Assembly: GCA_951406725.2 (NCBI GenBank)
Contig: OX597824.1
Coordinates: 53,010,001-53,074,000, forward strand
Reading direction: 5' to 3'
DNA: 64,000 nt
DNA from: Octopus vulgaris
Taxonomy: Eukaryota
In this document: positions 53,588 to 64,000 of the stretch, in pieces
How the letters are laid out: each line of letters starts with the position of its first letter
Numbering within the stretch: position 1 is the stretch's first letter
Made by a program: the position numbers and the translations under genes
Notes under the pieces: model-generated
Told to the model about the DNA's origin: nothing
Seen by the model: the letters and a program-made list of their open reading frames with translations, nothing else
Databases searched by the model: none

Positions 53588-54808
53588 CAGGAAGTAAATA
53601 GACACCTTTAATTTTCAAAATCTTTTATTTAATACGCAAAGCGAACAATTGAATTGTAATCGATAGGTAGGACTACATACAGTATTTAGTTGACATTCTT
53701 GTTGCAGTTTTTAATTCAGAAACTCTTTTTAGCATTCAACTGATGAGCTCTGTGATTGTCTTTTGTGGAATGTCTGCCCACTTTTCACATAACAATCGAA
53801 ACAATTCATATTTAGATTTAGGTTTCTGTCGATTTTTTCGTATAGCTCTATCTAGTATGCTCCAAAGATTTTCAATTCGGTTCATGTCAGGAGATTAGCT
53901 CGGCCAAGGAAGCTTTTTGATCCCATTTTCAGTCGGCCATTTTTTATTCCTTTTCGCTGTGTGGCATGGAGCCCCATCTTCCAAAACTCATTTTTCGTTG
54001 TGTTATCGTGTGAATACATCGGAAGTAGTCCTTGCTTAAGTATTTCGGTGTATATTTAAGAGTTTATGGTTCCAACACATTCGATCAGCTCAGAAGGACC
54101 ATTGCTGGTGACAGCTCCCCATACCATTACAAAGATACCGCCATGCTTCATTGTTGGTTGGAGTTGTTTCGAACCAAATTCTTGACTGGGAAGCCTCCAA
54201 ACCCAAACACGTCCACTGTCTGAAAATATTGCAAATCTAGATTCATCTGAGAAAATCACTCTATCCCAAAATGAACTGGATTTTCTGACATCTCCTTAGC
54301 CCATTTCTTTCTATTAATTGGTTGAAGGAGAAGTTTTCTTTTAGCTGCTCGTCCATAATACCCAAGCTTATGTAGATATGCAACACACGTTCTTGGACTA
54401 ATTGCTGTTTTGCAATTTCAGAAGCCTTCGAACTGGGTTCGTTTTCCACAATTCTCTTCAAACAGTGAAGCTTCCTTTCCGAGGGCCCAGGTCGGCTGGG
54501 ACGAGAATCTGTTGATTCTTTTCCTTGGCTTTTGAATTGCACTATAATTCTATTAACAGTAGCAAGAGGAATTTGAAGATTTTCGGCAATTTTTCGTTGG
54601 CTAAGACCAGCCTCAGATTGCCCAACAATACGACCTCTTTGAAAATCTAACAGTTCTACTGAATTTTTTGTGCGTGGCATGGTTACTCTTCACAAATGTT
54701 TAATATAATGGCACCTGGAATGAAAAAGAATAATTACATTGTAAATTCTACAGCTTAAGATGCTTAGATCAGGAATTTTGAAAATTAAAGATGTCTATTT
54801 ACTTCCTG
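53588..54808 (-). mobile_element. Tc1-like transposon, degraded, with ~34 bp TIRs
   Basis: TIR CAGGAAGTAAATAGACA(C/T)CTTTAATTTTCAAAAT at both ends, with TA on the left. HTH QRGRIVG...SQRKIA..L; VIFSDESRF; KHGG..VMVWG; EDGAPCH; WPS*SPDMNRIENLW. Confidence 0.92.
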
Positions 54809-55468
54809 CATGTCTGTATACATATAACATACATGTTCATATACATATATATAGAGAGGGGAAAAAAGGGAAGACAGAGGGAGGGAGAGAGGGGGGAGGA
54901 GAGAGAGAGGGATGGAGAGAGAGAAAGGGGGGATGTTGTGAATGAGAGAAGAGAGAACTACATGAAATCCAGCAAGGAGAGAGAAAGAGGGACAGAAAAA
55001 AGAATTTCAGATCCTAAGACAATCCTAAGAAAGGTCAGCATAGATTGAGAGATATTTAAGGATATCTAGTGAAACGTCATTTCAATCGAATTATCGCGTA
55101 TCACCTGTATTCTGTGTTATAATGGAGAAAGCTGATTAGTAATTAGGTATGTAACAGTTACTAATGAAAAGCAACTATTGGAGGTTTGCCCGTCTGGAAA
55201 TTTTTGTATATTATAATTTTTTTATAAATTCATGTTACAAGAAATTTCCTGTAATTTCGATTTCTGGACTTTATTGAATATTTGAACTACAGGTTTTTCA
55301 CTAATTTAAAGACTCGTTGCATTCACTGCAGAGTAGATTTAGTAAATAACATTAACTTGTTGCAGGCGAAATTTTTTGTTTTCATTTGCAACAGTCTCTC
55401 TCTCTCTCTCTCTTTCTCCCTCTCCCTCTCTTTCTCTCTCCCTTTCTCCCTCTCTCTCTCTCTTTATA

Positions 55469-55519
<51 letters not shown>

Positions 55520-56221
55520 CCTCTATTTTCATTAATCCGCACTTTATTCTATATACGCAATGTAAAAAAAGAATATTTATTGAATGAATGAATGCTATTA
55601 GACAAAATAGCTGTATAAATTTGAGACTTCCATGACAGTATAATTAAGAAGTGATTTTGTTGGTATGGCTGTTTGGAACGCTATAAGCCTTACAATAATA
55701 ATTATGTGACCGCTGCTATTTCTAGCTAGGCTTACCTTCACGTTTCTTTAAATTACAGATATATTACAACTACGATAAATTACTGAAAGAAATATATACT
55801 AAACAAGTGAGATTTTTTATAAATTGAAGTTTTCAGGAAAATTTACTTCCTGAACTTCCTTTTATTATTGAATATTTCAAGTTCACAAATTTAAATATTC
55901 AGTACAAGCTAGCTGGGCATTCTTTTGCCAGTTTGGCATTCTTTCGCACATTTCGTTAAATTCTGTAAGAAAATGTTTATTAATTTAATTTTTGCACGCT
56001 GTGTTCCCCTCTATATCTTTGTAATCAGTCACACACGCACATGTATGATTCTGTATGTACGTTTGTATATATTTATGGATGTGTGTGTGTGTGTTTGTGT
56101 ATGTGCGTGTGAAAGAGACAGACAGACAGAGTGAGTGAAGGGGTGTGTTTTCGTTTTCATGTATACGTACATACATAATATCTATGAATACATCTTTTTC
56201 GTATGTATGCGAACGTGTACG

Positions 56222-58430
56222 TGTTGTGGCGTGTGTTATTGATACCCTTGGGGGATTGGAAGAATGAACTAACTGAAGCTGTAAGTTGCCGAAGCTGTAA
56301 GTTGTAAGTTGCCGTAATGGTAGTTGTTCGAATTACTGTGTGTTGATCCCGTCGCTAGAATGTTGGAGGGGTTCGATTCCCCTGCTCACAATATATCGGA
56401 TGTTGCCGTGCAGTTTTTAAGCAGCTAGTGGAAATGTCTTCTTGGGTTAAAATATTGCGAGCGAAAAAGAAGACTGCTAACAAGAGTGCTTAGTACAACG
56501 AAAATCAAGAGTGCTGTGTGCAACGAACAATACTACCTAAGTGTTGGGCAACAATTACGTTACAATATCTGGCAGCGAGATGTCAAGGATGCAAAAGTGG
56601 CAACGAGATATTCGAAGCTTGCTTCGGACGTTAACAATTTTTTTTGGGGGGGGGGGGGGTATGAAATCAAAGAAAAAAATCATTAACATGGAAGACTTAT
56701 TGGCTTGCGTGGTGCAGTTGCAACTATAACAACAGCAGTTACAACAACGAGTACAACAACAATACCAACAGTTACTGGAATTAATGTTGAAGAAGTCTGA
56801 AAATACTTGACGGCGTACCAAACTCAATTAGAGAATTTATTTATAACCCAGAAGGTACTACTTTTATGCATGATTTAGAAGATATGAAGAAATCTTCAAA
56901 GAAGAATGTAAACATTGGAATGACGAGAAGAAGCTGCAACTACTTTTAAGAAAGTTATCCCCTGCCGAACACGAAAAATACTGTAATTATATTCTGCCGA
57001 AGAAACCAGATGAGATTTGTTTCGAGAATTTTCGGTGAAAGAAATTTCCTGTTCAATACTCGTTCAGAAAAAAGAAAAACGAACGTCAAGACCAAATCCA
57101 TGCTATGCGTGCGGAGGTTTACATTTTAGAAGTAATTCTCCTTTTAAAAGTCGTAAATGTTTTGAGTGTGGAAAAGGTGGACATAAAAGCTCGCATTGTA
57201 TAGCAAAACAGAAAAAAGGATCAAACAAAGAAAAATCTAGAAAGAATGTATTGTTAACAAAATCCTAAGCGAGGCTCAGGAAAGAAAATTTGCGTCCATA
57301 AAAAGGAATAATGTGAATATCAAATTACAACTGCAGTGATATCACCATAATTAATACAGATACATGGAGAAAAATAGGGAAACCTAGAAGGAAACTTCGA
57401 AAATTGCGCGAGGTGTTTCTGGAAAAAAATGCATTTTGATATCGGTGACAAGGTGTGTTTCAAAATATAGAAAAATGGAAGACAAGGTTGGGAAGACGGA
57501 GTAGTAAGAGAAAGAATAGAAAAAGTGACATATATGATAAGAGGCGAACAATGGGAACACAAAAGATGTTTAAACCAGCTAAAAAATAGATATGCTGGAA
57601 AAAGAAAAGACATATCCATGGACATCTTTGATGTTCCAGCGCCACAAGAAATCAAACCTAGGCGTAGCAGCACAAGATAGAGGAAACAAACAGAATGGTT
57701 GAAAGTAGTGCCTAAACGGAAGAAATATTAAAATTCACTATGAGGAAAATAAAAGAAAAATGAAAGAAAGATAAATAAAGGCGCAGGAGTGGCTGTGTGG
57801 TAAGTAGCTTGCTAACCAACCACATGGTTCCGGGTTCAGTCCCACTGCGTGGCATCTTGGGCAAGTGTCTTCTGCTATAGCCCCGGGCCGACCAATGCCT
57901 TGTGAGTGGATTTGGTAGACGGAAACTGAAAGAAGCCTGTCGTATATATGCATATATATATATGTGTGTGTGTGTATGTGTTTGTGTGTCTGTGTTGGTC
58001 TCCCTAGCATTGCTTGACAACCGATGCTGGTGTGTTTACGTCCCCGTCACCTAGCGGTTCGGCAAAACAGACCGATAGAATAAGTACTGGGCTTACAAAG
58101 AATAAGCCCCGGGGTCGATTTGCTCGACTAAAGGCGGTGCTCTAGCATGGCCGCAGTCAAATGACTGAAACAAATAAAAGAGTAAAAGAGTAAAAAAGAG
58201 TAAATAAAAATAATAGCATTAACTTCCAACGGAAGTCAATCTCTAAGGGAGAGATGTGATGAGAGTCATTGACACCCCTGGGGGATCGGAAGAATATACC
58301 AGCCGAATTCTTATAAAAACTAGCGTATTGATTCAAACAACAGGTCGATAGGAGTCGTTTGAAAGGACGTTCTGGAGTCTCGCGAGTACGTCGTGTGAAC
58401 GCATTGTTTTTACCTCCGCATCGTTAATCA
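56222..58430 (+). mobile_element. Internally deleted Ty3/Gypsy LTR retrotransposon remnant
   Basis: LTR-like starts TGT...ATTGA(T/C)ACCC(T/C)TGGGGGAT(T/C)GGAAGAAT at 56222 and 58256; PBS-like TGGCAGCGAG at ~56570; gag RYEEIFKEEC..W.DEKK.QLLLRKL...Y..YILPK; knuckle CFECGKGGHKSSHC; integrase C-terminal FDIGDKV; PPT AAGGGAGAGA before 58256. The 3' boundary is uncertain. Confidence 0.78.
57780..58205 (+). mobile_element. Full-length major-family SINE inside the Gypsy remnant
   Basis: Intact A/B-box head, internal TA/TG tract, (GAGTAAAA)n tail, TAAATAAA on both sides. Confidence 0.92.
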
Positions 58431-58618
58431 TATATATATATCCAACGTTTGTTCGACGATATAAAACTATGTGTGTGAGACAGAGAGTGAGTGATGTCTA
58501 AATAGCACTCACTCACTCTCTGTCTCTCTCTCTCACAGACATGCACACCCACGCACACACACACACACACACACACGCGCGCACACACACGCGCGCGCGC
58601 ATCCATTTCGTATACACG

Positions 58619-59402
58619 TACATACATCTTTCGCTTTCTCCTCTCTTTCACTTTAACACATAAGTAAGTAAATAAACATTTTCTACGGAAATTAACGAAA
58701 AGAATCCAGCCTGTTCATTTTGGCATTTTTGAAGGTCCAACCCAAAGAATGCCGATAGTTTTTTTACGAGCTTTTATTTATACGATTTTTTCATTTCATG
58801 TTTATTTCATTAACTATTTCCAATGTTCTCTCTCTCTCTCTCTCCCTCTCTCTCTCTCTCCCTCCCTCTCTCTCTCTCCCTCTCTTTCTCTCTCTCCCTC
58901 TCTCTCTCTCTCACACACTCCAGGTTTGACTAGCTGGATACCGCTCGGTGGGCGGTCTTTCTGCTGGTATTTCTTATGGAACTTTTCTTTGCATAACAAA
59001 CAGATATGCCTGGTGGATTACAGTACTATAAAGCAATGGTCTGCATTGTGAATGAGTTGTTATAATCCATCACTGAGTAAAACTTTTCTCTTTCTCTTCT
59101 TCCCTTTCTCCTTCCCCTCCCCTATCTCTCTTTTTCTCCTCTTTCTCCCTCTCCACATCTCTCTTTCTTTCTCTTTTTCTCTTCATCTGTTTATCTCTCA
59201 GTCTGTCTACTTATATACCTCTAGTAGCAGCAATAACTTCTTTAAGAAGTTTAAGAAGTTTAAACTATCGGCATTCTTTGGGTTGGACCTTTAAAAATGC
59301 CAAAATGAATAGGCTGGTTTTTTTCGTTAATTTCCGTAGAAAATGTTTATTTATTTACTTTTGTTTTAAAGAGAAAGAGAGGAGAAAGTGAAAGATGTAT
59401 GT
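58619..59402. mobile_element. MITE-like element with ~140 bp inverted repeats
   Basis: 58619-58762 is the reverse complement of 59262-59402 with few mismatches. A related remnant lies at ~55915-55990. Confidence 0.7.
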
Positions 59403-60407
59403 TGAAGACGTTATTGCTGAAGACGGGAAATACTTTTCAAAATCTCACGTCGTCGTTGTAGTTTAACTCTAGGTTATCTCTGACCCAGTGCATATTTAAT
59501 CAAAAGCCTCTCACTGAAGATCATACCGTCAATTTTTAAGCACAATGTATCTTACAGCACATTGTCCAAAATCCAATGTATCCATTTTGAAACGAGTAGA
59601 GTAGGATTCGAGAGTGATTTAGCTACCATTTCTTGGCAGTAAAGTGATTGTATAGAGCTCCTTTAATAAGCAACTAACAAGTCTTAAATCAGAGCTTTAG
59701 TGACGTTTCTCTGCAATTTTAATTGAAATTACTGGACAATACGCTAAAAAATCTAAGGCTCACTGAGGGTTAACTTACATCAAGCATTAAAAGTGGCATT
59801 TATACGAAACATTGAGTAATGAACTGTATGTGCAATATTTTGCTTCTTAAACAAATCAATTCGTTTTTTCTTCTAATGGTTTAGTCATGAAAAAGAATAT
59901 GTACATTATTTAAACTACTCAGGCAAGATGGAAGACAGTGTCTCATTTTGCCCGAATAATTACAATAATGTACCAGTCTAATACTAGATTGAATTAATCA
60001 GTTTTAACTTCTCTTTACCACCTCAAAAAATTACTTATGAATTTGTACAAATACTTGAAATCAATATTCTTAAATATCTAACAATAACTACATAACTGAA
60101 ATATATACTGTTCTTATATTTCACCTACAACAGCAAGATGTTTCAACATAATAACCAACAGTGTATGAGTTATATCTAAACGCCAACCTTATTTTTTAAA
60201 TTCTTTTATTTGACTGCGGTCAGGCTGGAACACCGCCTTTAGTCGAACAAATCGACCCCAGGACTTAGTCTTTGTATGCCTAGTACTTATTCTATCGGTA
60301 TCTTTTGCCGAACCGCTAAGTTACGGGGACGTAAACACACCATCGGTTGTCAAGCGATGGTGGAGGGACAAATACACACATACATGTATATATATATATA
60401 TATATAT

Positions 60408-61079
60408 TAATCAATATAAGGGTAGCAAAAATTCAAGAAAAATTCTTCGCCACCAGCGGTCTAGTGAGAAAGAGAAATAGTCACAGACTATATATATATA
60501 AATTCAACAATATTAAGGAATGGCCTTGATAGGCCATTCGACCCACTAGAAAGGGCAGTCAAACTCAAACCGCTAAATAGTTGTAATTCTGAAATCAAAG
60601 GAGAAGTAAAAACATTTACCCTTATCATCTTTGGACTATGCATAGTTTCGACACTTTGGTAAACCCATTTAATTAAATTAAATTAAATTTGTTTACACCT
60701 GCCCTGTCTCGTCAGCAAAGAAGCCAAGGAAAATATATATCCACGAGGCGACACCAGCGACGCCTCGAGTCTATATACTCTAAATTTTCAAAATCCACCG
60801 TCACCGCGCTATTTTCTCAGCAGCAAATATAAACTGCTGATATAATTTCAAAATTAGTCAAAAAGTCATCAATTAATCAATATAAGGGTAGCAAAAATTC
60901 AAGAAAAATTTTTCGCCACTAGCGGTCTAGTGAGAAAGAGAAATAGTCACAGACTATATATATATAAATTCAACAATATTAAGGAATGGCCCTGATAGGC
61001 CATTCGACCCACTAGAAAGAGCAGTCAAACTCAAACCGCTAAATAGTTGTAATTCTGAAATCAAAGGAGAAATAAAAAC

Positions 61080-61080
<1 letters not shown>
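60408..61080 (-). mobile_element. PLE-derived element: ~205 bp direct repeats flanking a hammerhead-bearing core
   Basis: 60408-60613 is nearly identical to 60874-61080 (unit ~467 bp); inserted in (TA)n. Confidence 0.85.
60628..60721 (-). ncRNA. Type I hammerhead ribozyme with extended stem II
   Basis: Reverse complement: TCTTTG CTGACGA GACA...GTAAAC..ATTTAATT/AATTAAAT..GTTTAC...TGTC GAAA CTA TGCA TAG TC CAAAGA; canonical core; cleavage after GUC. Confidence 0.9.
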
Positions 61081-61158
<78 letters not shown>

Positions 61159-61165
61159 TGTGTGT

Positions 61166-61247
<82 letters not shown>

Positions 61248-61371
61248 GTAAAAAAATACAAACTGGGACAAGAACGTGAAACATTTAGAAGACGATACAA
61301 AAAACACGGACGGGACATTCGAAGCCTTCAATCTTCAGTCAAGAACCAGATCATCTTCGCAATTTCGGCTG

Positions 61372-61428
<57 letters not shown>

Positions 61429-62544
61429 GTATACGTCGGGCTTCTTTCAGTTTCCGTCGACCAAATCCACTCACAAGGCTTTGGTCGGCCCGAGGCTATA
61501 GTAGAGGACACTTGCCCAAGGTGACATGCAGTAGGACTGAACCCGGAGCCAAGCAGGCTACTTACAACACTGCTACTCCTGCGCCTATGTCAGTTTTATT
61601 TAAACACCAACATTCACCAACAGTATATCAGATATGTTTAAACGATAACAGCATGTCAGCTATGTTTAAAGATTAATTATATAACAAATATGTTGAAACA
61701 CCAACAGCACGCGTGTTATATTTAAATAACACTTACTAAATTATGCTTAAACAATATATATATATATATATATATCAGTTATTCTCGTGACATTTGTTAC
61801 TTGTTAACTATTCTCACATTGTCCAACTGAAACTATCTGCGTGCTGATATCTGCTCATGCTATATTTTGAAAAAGAAAAGCTCTATTTTGATATGGTCGT
61901 TACATAATTCTTCATAATTAACTTTAATTTTGCCACAGTCATCTTTAGTTTGAGATCATATGTACAAATATTTAGCATACATCCCTGTTTGCTTCTCTTA
62001 TTTGGAAGGAAGATTAAGACCTATCCGAAGTATCGTCTGAAGAATATCAAATATTCTTGCTTTTAGCTGGCCTAAAATATTAGATAACATTGTCAAATTC
62101 CACCAACATACTTTTTACTGTTAGGTTTATTTATACACGCCAATAACTTAATATTTATTACAATATGTCATTAATTAATTTAAAATTTACTATATTGTCT
62201 TCGACAAGCTAAACAAGTTTATTTACATCATAAAAACAAATTTCATACTTGCTCTAAGGCTATAAGTAGAGATACTGAATTTAGCGATATTCAAGGCTAG
62301 CAGATTTGGCTGAGGAAGGTGGAAAAAGCAGAGAACTACTGAATCTTCGGATAAGCATACATAAACGCATTTGAAAACATACTATAATTTCAAACGAGAT
62401 GAAATATGGAATACAAAAGAAAATCAAGGATATTAAAATTACTTCGTTTGGAGTTTTTTGTATAAAGATAAAATTACTTTGCTTTCTTATTGCCTGCAAT
62501 CCTTGTATGACATGGCAGACCAAAAGTGATGTAGTTGTTTGGGA

Positions 62545-62546
62545 GG

Positions 62547-62579
<33 letters not shown>

Positions 62580-62665
62580 AGAAGAAGAAGAAGAAGAAGA
62601 AGAAGAAGAAGAAGAAGAAGAAGAAGAAGAAGAAGAAGAAGAAGAAGAAGAAGAAGAAGAAGAAA
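62545..62665. repeat. (AAG)n microsatellite
   Basis: Direct reading. Confidence 0.95.
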
Positions 62666-62999
62666 AATCAGCGTAAAAGAAGCTTTCTCTTGTAGTCAGA
62701 AAAACTCATAAAAATAAGAATCAGGAATATTAATGCTGTCGTCATTATCGTTACTGTTGTACTTATTTGCCTTGTATTTGTGAATGTTCTTTTAATAAAG
62801 TTGCTTAGAAACTCATCTTAAAAAAAGAATGGCAGTATATTATAATAAAACAATTGAAACAGTTTCCTCGGGTTAGTTACTTTCACAGTGATTTATTTTA
62901 TTAATGTCTTGCTGTTATTAAAAATATCTGACTTCAACTTTTTCAATCTTTTATTTCAAAGCGTTTCTACTTTCTTTCCCTCCAGTGCCTTGTCTGTGT

Positions 63000-63079
63000 A
63001 TATGAATATATATGTGTATATATGTACACACACACACACGCATGCACACACGCATGCACAGACACACACACATACACTC

Positions 63080-63142
<63 letters not shown>

Positions 63143-63364
63143 CACACATCAAAAACTAAATATGCATATACTTATATATATATACACGTTTATATATATA
63201 TATAAATTTATATATGTAAGTATGTGCATATATATATTTACATGCAGATACATACATACATACATACATACACACATACATACATACATACATACACACA
63301 TACATACCTACATACATACATACATACATACATACCTACATACATACATACATACATACATACA

Positions 63365-63395
<31 letters not shown>
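63000..63395. repeat. (CA)n/(TA)n/(TACA)n compound microsatellite
   Basis: Direct reading. Confidence 0.95.
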
Positions 63396-64000
63396 GAATG
63401 AATATCTTTAGAAACGTGAAATTAGTTCTACTTGCGACAAGTTTGGTAACGTTGATCAACGATAGTTAAATACACAGCAACAAACTCGCTTATAAACACA
63501 CTTAAAATTACAGCTGCATAGATTCTTCAAAGTAAAATAACTCTCCTAAGATATTTTGAGCAAATAGTAATCTGGTACTGAATACAACAATATCGTAGGA
63601 TGATATCTCTGAAGAATTAGACTTAGGCGGTATTATATATAAATAATAGCATGTAAATATTGGGCTGAAAATCCCCTTCTGGTAGAAAAAGTCGAAATCC
63701 AAGCAGGGTTTTTCAACCCAATATTTATATGCTACTATTTACACTTTTATGTGTGCTTCGAGATACAATATTCCGAAAAACATTTCACTAACTCTAAAGT
63801 TTATAAAAATTCTTATGATGGGATCTTTTCCCTTTGAAAGGCAGATCGAGAAATTTATTTTTTGTAATTAAACACTTTCAAACTTCGGACATTGGTAGAA
63901 TGTGTCATGTAAAACATCTTTTACTCTTTGTGTTGTGGAGAAAAGTTTATATTTTCAAAGTTATTTCGTGTTAAAGTTGTTGTGTTTCGGTAATTTCAAC

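Larger units (their letters stand above)
60205..61587 (-). mobile_element. Major-family SINE split at its internal microsatellite (3' half 60205-60385, 5' half 61432-61587)
   Basis: Both halves match 30995-31398 in the same orientation and order. Confidence 0.8.

Overview
AT-rich, microsatellite-saturated animal DNA with no supportable host protein-coding gene. The repeat make-up (tRNA-derived SINEs with internal TA/TG tracts, huge (TA)n/(AAT)n arrays) suggests a cephalopod, probably Octopus (inference). Nearly all of the ORF track is microsatellite artefact or transposon debris. Recognisable content: a near-intact CR1/L2-group LINE (4485-8290, minus; APE+RT ORF2 with two in-frame stops; Myb/SANT-like + CCCH ORF1); an ~11 kb co-oriented pile-up of R4/Dong-like RLE LINEs and a ~540 bp non-coding retroposon, all in (AAT)n; RTE, mariner, Tc1, Gypsy, Helitron/Helentron and Ulp1-peptidase remnants; and several SINE families. 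Two things stand out. (1) At least eight type I hammerhead ribozyme motifs from six otherwise dissimilar Penelope-like non-coding repeat families. Their short stem III carries different self-complementary loops (CGCG, AGCT, AATT, GTAC, TGCA), stem II is often extended, and several families share a downstream TTGGCTGCTATTTCTA motif. (2) Two diverged ~2.1 kb ORF1-only (RRM-like + zinc knuckle, no RT) elements inserted in tandem at the same position inside the tRNA head of a SINE, with a triplicated target site, i.e. an apparent SINE-targeting non-autonomous Tx1-like retroelement. All calls were made by eye; no database search or folding program was run.
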